Assembly: GCA_017962165.1 (NCBI GenBank)
Contig: JAGCVW010000003.1
Coordinates: 7,065 to 71,064, forward strand
Direction of reading: 5' to 3'
From: Bacteroidales bacterium
GTDB taxonomy: Bacteria > Bacteroidota > Bacteroidia > Bacteroidales > UBA932
Length of the DNA: 64,000 bases
The position numbers and the translations under genes were made by a program. The notes below the pieces were generated by a model. It ran no database searches and was not told the DNA's origin. It saw nothing but the letters and a program-made list of their open reading frames with translations. Shown in pieces: positions 19,617-29,381 of this stretch; the first letter of the stretch is position 1, and each line of letters begins with the position of its first letter.

Positions 19617-20718
19617 GGAGAACGATTTCAGCCGCCTGGAGCTCGATCTCCAGGGTTGCCTCGCGAATTACGGCTATTTCCGCGGGCTGCTCGAGCCGTC
19701 CACCAAGCTGCTCGTGCTCGTGAAGGCGAATGCCTATGGCCATGGAGCAGTGGAGTTCGCTTCGATGATGCAGCAGGCCGGTGCAGATTATCTGGCCGTG
19801 GCCCTGCCAGTCGAGGGCGTCGAGCTCAGGCAGGCCGGTATCTCGCTGCCCATCCTGGTGCTGACCGCCGGGACGGACTTTTTCGAGGAAATCATCGACA
19901 ACCGCCTGGAACCCGGTATCCCCAATCTGGATACCCTCAAGGCACTGGTCGAGAAGCTCGAAAGCCGCAGAATAGAGAACTATCCCATCCATATCAAGCT
20001 GGACACCGGCATGCACCGCCTCGGCTTCATGCCCTCCGAACTGCCTGCGCTGCTCTCTTACTTGAAGGACTGCCGTGCGGTGAAGGTGAAGTCGGTGTAT
20101 TCGCATCTTGCCGCCGCCGAGGATCCCGCCCAGGACGAGTTTACGTTAGGCCAGGTCCGGATGTTCGAAGAAGGCGCCGCCGCTGTTTCCGACGCGCTGG
20201 GATACATGCCGATGCGTCACCTTCTGAACAGCGCCGGGATAGAGCGTTTCCCCCAGTACCAGTACGATATGGTCCGCCTTGGAATCGGAATCTACGGCAT
20301 CTCCGCGCTTCCGGGAGTCAGGCTGACACCGGTCGCGTCTCTTAAGGTCAAAGTGCTGCAGGTGAAGAAGCTTTCGGCCTCGGACGGGACCGTCGGCTAC
20401 AGCCGCCGCGGCAAGATTCCCGCCGGAGGAATGGAAATAGCGACTATCCCGGTAGGATATGCCGACGGCCTGGACCGCCGGCTCGGCTGCGGAGCGGTGA
20501 GTTTCAGCGTTAACGGCAAGCGAGCAAAGACAGTCGGCAACATCTGCATGGATATGTGCATGATTGACGTTACGGGGCTGGGCGTAAAGGTCGGCGATAC
20601 GGTTACCGTCTTCGGAGAGGACCCGACAGTCGCAGAACTCGCGCAGATCCTCGGAACTATCCCTTACGAGATTCTGACCTCCGTCCCCCGCAGGATCGAG
20701 CGTATAGTCAGGCGCTAA
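19609..20718 (+). CDS. alr: alanine racemase
   Basis: VKANAYGHG, KLDTGMHRLG, GYADG, ICMD, IPYEIL. Confidence 0.95.
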   Translation: MSRENDFSRLELDLQGCLANYGYFRGLLEPSTKLLVLVKANAYGHGAVEFASMMQQAGADYLAVALPVEGVELRQAGISLPILVLTAGTDFFEEIIDNRLEPGIPNLDTLKALVEKLESRRIENYPIHIKLDTGMHRLGFMPSELPALLSYLKDCRAVKVKSVYSHLAAAEDPAQDEFTLGQVRMFEEGAAAVSDALGYMPMRHLLNSAGIERFPQYQYDMVRLGIGIYGISALPGVRLTPVASLKVKVLQVKKLSASDGTVGYSRRGKIPAGGMEIATIPVGYADGLDRRLGCGAVSFSVNGKRAKTVGNICMDMCMIDVTGLGVKVGDTVTVFGEDPTVAELAQILGTIPYEILTSVPRRIERIVRR

Positions 20719-20747
20719 TTTTATTATATTTGTAGAAATACCCAAGT

Positions 20748-21395
20748 ATGGACAGCATAACTCTTGAATACAATACTCAGCGTGAGCCGCTCAAGATGAG
20801 CGAGTACGGACGCAACATACTGAAGATGGTGGAGCTGCTCCGCGAGATTCCCGATAGGGAGAAGCGCACGGAGCAGGCGAGGGCGGTCATCAAGACCATG
20901 GAGATTCTGAATCCCCAGGTCCGCCAGCAGGAGAACTGGGAGCAGAAGCTTTGGGATCACCTCTATATGATAGCGGGCTTCGACCTGGATGTGGATTCCC
21001 CTTATCCATGCCCGATGAAGGAAGACTTCGAAACGAAGCCTGTGCCGCTTCCCATGAAGGGAACGAAAATCCGCGCTTCGCACTACGGCCGCAATATCGA
21101 GAAGATACTCGACCTGCTGGCCGGCGAGCCGGACGGCGAGGTAAAGACCCAGATGATACGCTCGCTTGCAATTTACATGCGTCAGCAGTATCTGATCTGG
21201 AACAAGGACAGCGTCTCCGACGAGACTATCTTCGCCGATATCGAGAAGTTATCTGAGTATAAGATTAAGGTTCCTGAGGGAATCACCCTCGGAAAGGTCT
21301 CCGAGAATGCCGACTTCAGCCGTCCCGGAATCGGCAACCAGGCAGGCCAGGGCAAGAACAAGCGCAAGGGCGGCCACAAGAACAGACGCAGATGA
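20748..21395 (+). CDS. DUF4290 family protein
   Basis: LEYNTQR…EYGRNI…KLWDHL…HYGRNI, typical of this Bacteroidetes family. Confidence 0.8.
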   Translation: MDSITLEYNTQREPLKMSEYGRNILKMVELLREIPDREKRTEQARAVIKTMEILNPQVRQQENWEQKLWDHLYMIAGFDLDVDSPYPCPMKEDFETKPVPLPMKGTKIRASHYGRNIEKILDLLAGEPDGEVKTQMIRSLAIYMRQQYLIWNKDSVSDETIFADIEKLSEYKIKVPEGITLGKVSENADFSRPGIGNQAGQGKNKRKGGHKNRRR

Positions 21396-23776
21396 AATTT
21401 CCCCGACTGAGGCTCGAACCCGAAAAGAAAGAAGCCATCGCGAAGCTCACCGGCCTCGTGACGGCCGTTTTTGCAGTCTTTACCCTTGTCGCGATAGTAT
21501 CGTACCTCCTCCACTGGAGGGCGGACATGGCGGGGGATGCCCTGCGCAACGCCGCGGGCTCCCTGGGCTACGGCTTCGGCCGTTTCCTGGTGTGTGACTG
21601 CTTCGGACTCGGCAGCCTTGCAATACTGGTTATCCTGACCGCAATAGCCGTCAGGCTCATATTCCATAAGTGGAACTATTCGCTGGTGAAGACGACTGTG
21701 ATGACCCTGGGCGATGCCTTCGTGGCCGCCCTTGTCCTCGCCTACGCCGGCCGTCTGTTCGGGGCTGAAACCGTCTTCGGCGGGGGCCTCGGCGGCCACT
21801 GCGGCGCCCTGATAATTGGCTGGGGAATCTCCGCGATGGGCGTTCTGGTCACTGGCCTTGTGCTCGCGGTACTCGTGGTCTGCGTGGCGCTGCTCAGCAG
21901 CTCGCGTTTCGTCCACTGGCTGGGAACCATCGGAACCAAAGAAGAAGGCAACGGCTACATTGAGCCCGGCGCCGTGGATCTGGGAGTCCAGACCGAGCCT
22001 GTCGAGTCGAGGGTTGAGGCGAAGAGCGCAGAAGAAGACATCAGCCCGAAGGAAGAACCGGAACCTGAAACTGAGCTGGAACCCGAACCCGTCATGGCCG
22101 ATTCCGATCATCCTTCCAAGACCCCTGAACAGGCCGAAGGCGGAGCCGAAGCCGAAGTCGAGCTGGAAGTCATCGAAGGCGAAGGCCTCGAGACCGATAT
22201 CCACAAGGAGCTCCCGCGTATCGATAACCGTCTGGATCCCCCTTACGGTCTTCCGAACTACAAGTTCCCTTCGCTCGATCTGCTCGAGACTTACGAGGAC
22301 GGCAAGCACGTCATGTCCTCGGAGGAGCTCGGCCGCAACAAGAACCAGATTATCGCGACCCTGCGAAACTATAAGATTGAGATTACGGACATCAAGGCCG
22401 TCGTGGGCCCGACCGTGACGCTGTACAAGGTCACGCCGGCTCCCGGTATCAAGATTTCCGCCATCAAGAACCTGCAGGACGACATAGCCATGTCGCTGAA
22501 CGCCAAGGGCGTGCGTGTGGTGACCCTCCAGGATTCGGTGGGTATCGAGGTCGCGAACGACCAGCCGTCGATAGTGCCTCTGCGCGGCCTGCTGAACGAC
22601 GATGCCTTCCGCAATACTAAGTTCGACCTTCCCGTCGCGCTCGGCTACACCATCACCCAGCAGGTGAAGGTCGTCGACCTCGCGAAGGCCCCGCACCTCC
22701 TTGTCGCAGGTGCTACCCAGCAGGGTAAGTCTGTCTGCCTCAATGTGATTATAGGCTCGCTGCTGTACTCGAAGCACCCGTCTGAGCTGAAGCTCGTCTT
22801 CATAGACCCGAAGATGGTCGAGTTTACGGCCTACAACGAACTCCTGAAGCATTATCTGGCGGTTCTGCCTGACGCCGAAGACGAAGAGTCCGAGCGCGCC
22901 CATGCTATCGTAAAGTCCGCAAAGGACGCCGAGAAGGTGCTCCGTTCGCTCTGCATCGAGATGGACGACAGATATCTTCTCATGGCCAAGGCCGGAGTCG
23001 CGAAGCTCTCTGACTACAACAACAAGTTCAAGGACCGCAAGCTCAACCCTGAGCATGGCCACAGATTCATGCCGTACCTCGTGACGATAGTGGACGAGTA
23101 CGCGGACCTTACGATGACCACCGGCGCGTCGCCTGAGGCGAAGGCGGCAAGCCGCAGTATCACGAACAGCATCATCCGCCTCGCCCAGAAAGGACGCGCC
23201 GCCGGTCTCCATGTAATCCTGGCGACCCAGCGCCCGTCCGTGGATGTTATCAGCGGTATCATCAAGAGCAACTTCCCGATGAGGATCGCTTTCCGCACCT
23301 CGTCGCGCATAGACTCCCAGACCATCATCGACGCCCCCGGCGCCGAAAAACTGATAGGCCGCGGCGATATGCTCTTCTCGGCCGGCATTGAGAACGAACG
23401 TATCCAGTGCGGCCTGATCGAGAGCGAAGAGATACGCAGGGTGACGGACTTCATCGGCGCCCAGACCAAATACGGCCAGAGTTACAGTACTCCTTACTAC
23501 CTCCCCGTCCCGAAGGACGAAACCGCCGGCGGAGAGGGCGGAGCGGTCGATGTGGGCGACCTGGACGAACGCTTCGAGGAAGCGGCCCGTCTGGTCGTGA
23601 CTTCCCAGAAGGCTTCGACCTCGTTCCTGCAGACCCGTCTCGCGATGGGCTTTGCAAAAGCATCGAGGGTTATGAGCCAGCTCGAAGACGCCGGAATCAT
23701 CGGTCCGCAGGACGGAGCGAAGCCCCGTCAGGTTTTGGTATCGGATTTGGATACACTTGACCAGATGCTTCACTGA
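21392..23776 (+). CDS. ftsK: DNA translocase FtsK
   Basis: N-terminal TMs, PHLLVAGATQQGKS, IDPKMVE, LATQRPS, gamma domain. Confidence 0.96.
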   Translation: MKFPRLRLEPEKKEAIAKLTGLVTAVFAVFTLVAIVSYLLHWRADMAGDALRNAAGSLGYGFGRFLVCDCFGLGSLAILVILTAIAVRLIFHKWNYSLVKTTVMTLGDAFVAALVLAYAGRLFGAETVFGGGLGGHCGALIIGWGISAMGVLVTGLVLAVLVVCVALLSSSRFVHWLGTIGTKEEGNGYIEPGAVDLGVQTEPVESRVEAKSAEEDISPKEEPEPETELEPEPVMADSDHPSKTPEQAEGGAEAEVELEVIEGEGLETDIHKELPRIDNRLDPPYGLPNYKFPSLDLLETYEDGKHVMSSEELGRNKNQIIATLRNYKIEITDIKAVVGPTVTLYKVTPAPGIKISAIKNLQDDIAMSLNAKGVRVVTLQDSVGIEVANDQPSIVPLRGLLNDDAFRNTKFDLPVALGYTITQQVKVVDLAKAPHLLVAGATQQGKSVCLNVIIGSLLYSKHPSELKLVFIDPKMVEFTAYNELLKHYLAVLPDAEDEESERAHAIVKSAKDAEKVLRSLCIEMDDRYLLMAKAGVAKLSDYNNKFKDRKLNPEHGHRFMPYLVTIVDEYADLTMTTGASPEAKAASRSITNSIIRLAQKGRAAGLHVILATQRPSVDVISGIIKSNFPMRIAFRTSSRIDSQTIIDAPGAEKLIGRGDMLFSAGIENERIQCGLIESEEIRRVTDFIGAQTKYGQSYSTPYYLPVPKDETAGGEGGAVDVGDLDERFEEAARLVVTSQKASTSFLQTRLAMGFAKASRVMSQLEDAGIIGPQDGAKPRQVLVSDLDTLDQMLH

Positions 23777-23781
23777 AACGT

Positions 23782-24273
23782 ATGAAACGCCTGATACTCA
23801 TAGCCGCCGCTGCGCTGTTCTCCCTTGCTCTGCCAGCCCAGGACAAGCAGGTGGAGGCGTTCCTGGCGCAGGCTCAAGGCCACAGAGTGACGGTGGACTA
23901 CGAATACGTGATCTCAGGCATGCCGGACATCATGGTCGAAGGCTCGGCCGTCATCCAGGACAACTGCTTCAGGATGGAAGGTGCCGGCCTGCTGATCCTC
24001 TGCGATGCTGTCAATATCTGGACCCTCGACCTCGACGGCAAGGAAGCTTATATCGAGGCAGCCGGAAAGATGGACTACATGGACTACATGAGCGAGCTGA
24101 CTCTTGAAGACAACGGCTGGCTCTCCGGCCTTTATGCCGAACCCATCTCCGGGAATCTCATACCTTTCACCATAAAGAACATCCAGTTCCTGCCTCCGAG
24201 CGGCGACATGTCCGTCTTCAGCCCGGATGAGAATACCTTCAACGGCGACTGGGTAATCACTGACCTGCGATGA
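23782..24273 (+). CDS. LolA-like lipoprotein carrier
   Basis: Signal peptide, beta-rich, C-terminal ITDLR; conserved position after ftsK. Confidence 0.65.
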   Translation: MKRLILIAAAALFSLALPAQDKQVEAFLAQAQGHRVTVDYEYVISGMPDIMVEGSAVIQDNCFRMEGAGLLILCDAVNIWTLDLDGKEAYIEAAGKMDYMDYMSELTLEDNGWLSGLYAEPISGNLIPFTIKNIQFLPPSGDMSVFSPDENTFNGDWVITDLR

Positions 24274-25145
24274 AAGAGTTCATCGTAGCCGGGCACCGCT
24301 TCGGGGTGCACATTCCTGAAGGGTTGCAGAAGGCCTTCAGGATGGATAATTATGCGCCGTTCGAAGCTCCCGATGGAGAAAAGCTGTTCGTGCTGGAAGT
24401 GGCCGCCGGCAGAGCGCCTGAATTCCCGGGTGCGGAACTGGTGATCGACCAGGGCAACGAACCGGGGGAGACGGTCATTTCGCTGTGGCGCACCGCCGGC
24501 GGCTGGCTCGTAAGGATGTCCCCGTCGCCTGGCCGTCCGGATTCCGGGCTGCTGGTGCTGGAAAAAGACTTCAAGCGCAGTACGCTGTATATACTCCGGC
24601 CCGCGGAAGCGGACTTTGCCCTCAACAATTCGCTGATGCTGCAGTATGCTTTCACGACCGCGACTAAAGGCACGCTGGAGATGCATGCTTCAACAGTCGT
24701 CAACGGCGGCAAGGCCTACCTCTTCCTTGCGAAGAGCGGCACAGGGAAGAGCACCCACAGCCGCATGTGGCTACAGGCTATTCCCGGGACGCACCTGATG
24801 AACGACGACAATCCCGTCGTGCGCGTTGGCGAAGACGGCAGGGTCATGGCTTACGGCTCGCCATGGAGCGGGAAGACGCCATGCTACCGTAACGAAGATT
24901 TCCCCGTCGGGGCGTTCGTGCGCATTGTGCGTGCCACCGAAAACCGGCTGGAGAAGCTCTCGGTGGTGGAGGCGTATGCGAGCGTTTATTCGTCTTGCTC
25001 GGGTTTCAAGGCCGACCGCGCAATGGGTGACGGGCTCCATAATGCAATATCGGCCGCCGTTCAGGGCGCGCCTTCGTTCACCATGCACTGCCTGCCGGAC
25101 GAAGACGCGGCCCGCGTTTGTTTTAACGGAGTCACTGCCCTATGA
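24270..25145 (+). CDS. HPr-kinase-like P-loop protein
   Basis: HASTV…FLAKSGTGKSTH…MNDDNP, GSPWSGKTPCY. Confidence 0.8.
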   Translation: MKEFIVAGHRFGVHIPEGLQKAFRMDNYAPFEAPDGEKLFVLEVAAGRAPEFPGAELVIDQGNEPGETVISLWRTAGGWLVRMSPSPGRPDSGLLVLEKDFKRSTLYILRPAEADFALNNSLMLQYAFTTATKGTLEMHASTVVNGGKAYLFLAKSGTGKSTHSRMWLQAIPGTHLMNDDNPVVRVGEDGRVMAYGSPWSGKTPCYRNEDFPVGAFVRIVRATENRLEKLSVVEAYASVYSSCSGFKADRAMGDGLHNAISAAVQGAPSFTMHCLPDEDAARVCFNGVTAL

Positions 25146-25585
25146 ACCTGACCCTTCCCAACGAAGTGCTGCTGCCCGAAGTGGCGCAGCTGCTCGCCGG
25201 CGGCAGCGAGGTGGAGATACGCACCAAAGGTTCGAGCATGCTCCCGTTCATAGTGGGCGACCGCGACAGCGTGAGGCTAAAAGCGGCTCCTGCCTACGAA
25301 ACGGGGGATGCCGTGCTGGCCGAGATTGCGCCCGGCAGATTTGTGCTCCACCGTATTGTGAAGATCGACGGAGATTGCGTAACTTTGAAGGGTGACGGGA
25401 ACCTGGCTGGCACTGAAAGCTGCAGGCTCGCGGACATCAAGGGCAAGGCGATAACCGTTGTCAGGCCGGGCGGGAAGACAGTGGACCTTTGCGGCAGGCG
25501 CTTCGCAGCCCGCGCCCGCAGGTGGAACGCCCTGCCGTACATTATCAGAAGATATTATCTGGCGATATACAGGAGACTTATATGA
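25142..25585 (+). CDS. S24/S26 family peptidase
   Basis: GSSMLPFI…GD…VLHRIV…KGDGN. Confidence 0.85.
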   Translation: MNLTLPNEVLLPEVAQLLAGGSEVEIRTKGSSMLPFIVGDRDSVRLKAAPAYETGDAVLAEIAPGRFVLHRIVKIDGDCVTLKGDGNLAGTESCRLADIKGKAITVVRPGGKTVDLCGRRFAARARRWNALPYIIRRYYLAIYRRLI

Positions 25586-25854
25586 AAACACTTGAAGGAT
25601 TCAGGCTGAGGGAAATATGCGGCGAGTTCATAATAGTGCCGGAGAGCACCGAACTCGTCAATTTCAACAAGATGATACACCTCAACGCCACCGCCGCCTA
25701 TCTTTGGGAGCAGGTGAACGGGAAAGGTGATTTCACGGTGGAGCAGCTTGCTTCGCTGCTGACAGACAAATACGAAGTGGACGCCGCGACAGCCCTGAAA
25801 GACGCCGCAGCCGTGGCCGCGAAATGGGTGGAAATAGGAATAGCTTCTGAATGA
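25582..25854 (+). CDS. PqqD family protein (RiPP recognition element)
   Basis: 90 aa from ATG 25582; LNATAAYLWE…L…YEVD…A..D. Confidence 0.88.
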   Translation: MKTLEGFRLREICGEFIIVPESTELVNFNKMIHLNATAAYLWEQVNGKGDFTVEQLASLLTDKYEVDAATALKDAAAVAAKWVEIGIASE

Positions 25855-27482
25855 AAGATTTCGGACCATGCCTCAAGGGAGTCTGGAGACTGCTCCGGAC
25901 CGTCAGGTGGAAGGTGCTTTTCAGCGCTTTCCTGCAGACGGTCGCGGCCGCGGCTTCCCTCGCTTTCGTGTGGTTCAGCAAACGTGTCGTCGATATTGCT
26001 ACCGGCCACGTTGACGCCGAACTTGGCCCCGCTATAGCCCTGCTCGTCGGTATCATGGTCCTGCAGGTCCTTACCCGCGTCTTCGTCAAATACTACGAAG
26101 GCCGCATCACGATTCTTGCAAAGAACCGCATCCGTTCCGATGTCTTTGAAAAGGCGCTGCGCAGCACCTGGACGGGGCGAGACAAATTCCACAGCGCCGA
26201 CATGGCCAACCGCATGGAGGAAGACATCCGTGTGGTGACCGAGTTCATCTGCTGCGACATCCCTGAGGCCTGCGTGACAGTGCTGCAGATGATTGCCGCG
26301 GTCGTGATGCTCTTCACCTTCTCCGCTTCGCTCGCATGGATCCTTATCTGGATCATGCCGGTGGCGGTGGTAGGAGCGCGGCTGTGGTTCCGCAGGATGC
26401 GCGCCCTGTCGACCGAAATCCGCACTATCGACGGACGCATCAACGGTCACCTCCAGGAGACTCTCCAGCACCGCGTGCTGGTAAAGACGCTCGGCAGCGT
26501 GGGGGCTTCGCAGGACGAACTGAGTTCGCTGCAGGAACTGGAGCGTGACAGGACGGTCAGCCGCCTTGGCTACTCTGCCATGTCGCGGGCTTTCATGTCC
26601 GTCGGCTTCTCGGCGGGCTACCTTGTCGCCTTCATCTGGGGCGTGCTCGGCCTTCGCGACGGCTCGGTCACCTACGGTCTGATGGTCGCATTCCTGCAGA
26701 TGGTCGGTCAGGTCCAGAGGCCGGTGGCGAACCTGGCGCTCTACATACCCGCGTTCATACGCTCGCTCTCTTCGGAGGAGCGGCTGCTGGAGATAGGGGA
26801 GATGCCCCAGGAGGGTGCGTATGCGGACGTGCTGCTCGAAGGCGCGCCCGGCCTGCGGGTTTCGGGCCTGTCGTATTCCTACGAGGGGCGTTCCGAAAAG
26901 GTCCTTTCGGATTTCTCCTTCGATTTCAAGCCCGGGCAGATGACGGTAGTCGTGGGCCCTACCGGCGAAGGAAAGAGCACGCTGGCGCAGCTGATGCTTG
27001 CGCTGCTCGAGCCCTCGGCGGGAGCCATAGAGATTTATGGCGCAATGGAATCGATTCCAGTGAGCCCGGCGACGCGGTGCAACTTCATGTATGTTCCTCA
27101 GGGGAATTCACTGCTCAGCGGATCGGTGCGTGCGAACCTTCTGATGGCGCGGCCCGAGGCGACCGATGAGGAATTGCGGGCGGCCCTCCATGCCGCCGCG
27201 GCCGATTTCGTCCTCGACCTGCCAGACGGACTCGACTCCTCCTGCGCCGAAATCGGCCGCGGCCTCAGCGAGGGCCAGGCCCAGAGAATCGCCATCGCCC
27301 GCGCCCTTCTCCACCGTGGCGGCATCCTGATTCTGGATGAAGCAACCTCCGCCCTGGATGCCGATACGGAGAAACTCGTCCTGGAGCGCATACGCGAACG
27401 CTTTGGCAGTTCGAAGACCATCATATGCATCACTCATCGCCCCGCCGCCATCGCGCTGGCGGATTCAGTCTGCAAATTATAA
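25851..27482 (+). CDS. ABC transporter, fused permease/ATPase (exporter type)
   Basis: TM domain; GPTGEGKST, LSEGQ, LDEATSALD, ITHR. Confidence 0.92.
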   Translation: MKDFGPCLKGVWRLLRTVRWKVLFSAFLQTVAAAASLAFVWFSKRVVDIATGHVDAELGPAIALLVGIMVLQVLTRVFVKYYEGRITILAKNRIRSDVFEKALRSTWTGRDKFHSADMANRMEEDIRVVTEFICCDIPEACVTVLQMIAAVVMLFTFSASLAWILIWIMPVAVVGARLWFRRMRALSTEIRTIDGRINGHLQETLQHRVLVKTLGSVGASQDELSSLQELERDRTVSRLGYSAMSRAFMSVGFSAGYLVAFIWGVLGLRDGSVTYGLMVAFLQMVGQVQRPVANLALYIPAFIRSLSSEERLLEIGEMPQEGAYADVLLEGAPGLRVSGLSYSYEGRSEKVLSDFSFDFKPGQMTVVVGPTGEGKSTLAQLMLALLEPSAGAIEIYGAMESIPVSPATRCNFMYVPQGNSLLSGSVRANLLMARPEATDEELRAALHAAAADFVLDLPDGLDSSCAEIGRGLSEGQAQRIAIARALLHRGGILILDEATSALDADTEKLVLERIRERFGSSKTIICITHRPAAIALADSVCKL

Positions 27483-27494
27483 TCTCAGATAGAT

Positions 27495-28334
27495 ATGAAC
27501 AGAAAAGCTAAAAGTACCTTTATTGCCCTGACCACTACGGTCATCGCAATCATCGTGATGGCATCGTGCTGCACGACCATCGATTCTGCCTCGGTGGGTA
27601 TCCGTTTCAAGAAATGGAGCGCCAACGAGAACCTCAAGGGCGGTGTAGAAGGAACCTGCCGCGGATGGGTGTGGTTCAACCCCATCACCGAGCGCATCTT
27701 CGAGTATCCGACCTACATCCAGCGTGTGACTTACGATCCCTTCACCGTGAACCCCAAGGATGCGGCTATCTTCTCCATGACTCCGACCCTGGCCTACCAG
27801 ATCGACGAGGCGAAGGCAACCGACATCTTCATCAAGTACCGAAAGCCTGTCCGCGAGCTGGAGATGGGCTACATCAAGACGTGTATCTTCGAAGCGTACC
27901 GAACCTGCGCCAACAACTACACCTCGGACGAGCTCATGGCCAACCGCGCCCGTTTCGAGACTGAGGTCCGCGCCCGTCTGGACGAATCCATGAACCAGGA
28001 AGGCTTCATCGTGCGCGAGTTCACTACCAAGATCGATCCTCCGGCATCGCTTACCGCCGCCATCAACGCCAAGAACGAGGCTGTCCAGAACGCCCTCAAG
28101 GCCGAGAACAAGGTGAAGGAAGCAGAGGCTGAGGCCAAGATCGAAATCGCCAAGGCGGAAGGTGAAGCTAAGGCTCTCAAGATCAAGGGCGACGGCGAGG
28201 CCTACTACAACCGCGTCGTGTCCGCTTCCCTGAATTCGCTGCTCGTCCAGCAGTATGCCATCGAGAAATGGAACGGCCAGCTCCCTACCTACAACGGTTC
28301 CGGCGCCTTACCTTTTATCGATATTAAGAAGTAA
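27495..28334 (+). CDS. SPFH/prohibitin (band 7) family protein
   Basis: N-terminal TM, AEAEAKIEIAKAEGEAKA coiled coil, IEKWNGQLP. Confidence 0.85.
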   Translation: MNRKAKSTFIALTTTVIAIIVMASCCTTIDSASVGIRFKKWSANENLKGGVEGTCRGWVWFNPITERIFEYPTYIQRVTYDPFTVNPKDAAIFSMTPTLAYQIDEAKATDIFIKYRKPVRELEMGYIKTCIFEAYRTCANNYTSDELMANRARFETEVRARLDESMNQEGFIVREFTTKIDPPASLTAAINAKNEAVQNALKAENKVKEAEAEAKIEIAKAEGEAKALKIKGDGEAYYNRVVSASLNSLLVQQYAIEKWNGQLPTYNGSGALPFIDIKK

Positions 28335-28335
28335 T

Positions 28336-28367
28336 AATAATCCCCGGTCGGAAGGCCGGGGATTATT
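28336..28367. terminator. bidirectional terminator
   Basis: aataatccccgg…ccggggattatt between convergent genes. Confidence 0.75.
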
Positions 28368-29312
28368 TTATTTCACGCACCTGACTTGCGCCGCGAAGTC
28401 CGTTGGACTTGTTGAGCCCCAGACTTTGATGTCGGAATCCTTGACATAGATGGAACGGCACTCAGGGGCGCCGGCGTTGTCTACCCAATAGTAGCAGTAA
28501 TCGCCGAAACCATAGAAGGTATATGCGTTATCTACTACAGTAGCGTAGCCGAATGGCATTGCGAAGAAGCCGGCAGCATTGGTTACTTTGACCCCGGGCC
28601 AGAATTCCCAGAGGCGGCTGCCGTTGAAATAAGCGTCTACCATGAGGTCGCCGGCATTGGTTGCCAGGGCGTCGAACTCATCGGCGGTCGGGAGCCTCCA
28701 TCCGGCAGGGCATGCCGTCTGGGCGTCCGTCCATGTGTAGAATCCGCCCATGACGTCTTCCGTAGCCTTGCATGAGGAGTACGGGCGGCCTAAAGTGTAT
28801 TCTCCCTCAGTATCCTTTTCGAAATATGCGAGGTTCTGGGTGAACCAGCTGAGGCCTCCGGCCGTCATGGTGTAGTATTCCTTATTGTCGCGCGCATCCA
28901 CGCAGTCCGGGGCGCCGAGCCTTCTGGCGTTGGTTATCGAACGTTCGCTGACTACGGTAGTGCTGACTGCAAGCGACTTCGTGTAGTAGCCCGTCGCCGC
29001 ACCGTAGACCGAGAAACTGTATGTGCCGAGGGTGTCCGGGATAATCACCGTCATGGTGTTGGTCGTGTCGGTGAAGTCGTCAACCTTGAAGTAATAGATT
29101 ATCTCTATGGACTGGTCAGTCTCGTCGGAGGCGAGAGAAAGGCCTGATGCCGTAAGGGTATAGTTGTCTCCGGGGTTGGAATACTCGGCGACCTCGCCGA
29201 CGGTAAGTGCGCCGGTCATCGACTTGGAGGTGGTGGTTTCTTCATCTTTCTTGCAGGCCGCAAGGGAGAGGGCTCCCAGGGCCGCAATCAGAAGTATCCT
29301 ATAGAGTTTCAT
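28368..29312 (-). CDS. FISUMP (Fibrobacter succinogenes major paralogous domain) lipoprotein
   Basis: Lipobox LAAC-KKDEE; DARD…WFTQNL…CPAGWRLPT…VRCVK. Confidence 0.85.
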   Translation of the reverse strand: MKLYRILLIAALGALSLAACKKDEETTTSKSMTGALTVGEVAEYSNPGDNYTLTASGLSLASDETDQSIEIIYYFKVDDFTDTTNTMTVIIPDTLGTYSFSVYGAATGYYTKSLAVSTTVVSERSITNARRLGAPDCVDARDNKEYYTMTAGGLSWFTQNLAYFEKDTEGEYTLGRPYSSCKATEDVMGGFYTWTDAQTACPAGWRLPTADEFDALATNAGDLMVDAYFNGSRLWEFWPGVKVTNAAGFFAMPFGYATVVDNAYTFYGFGDYCYYWVDNAGAPECRSIYVKDSDIKVWGSTSPTDFAAQVRCVK

Positions 29313-29381
29313 CAGCGATAAGTCGTATTGAACGTACAAAGATGCAAAATTTCCAGTAATTTTGTGCAAATAGTTTGCCAG

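Noticed and set aside
24270-27482. Calling the PqqD cassette a lasso-peptide or PQQ cluster
   Set aside because: No asparagine-synthetase-like cyclase, transglutaminase-like B2 protein, PqqE/PqqC or precursor in the window
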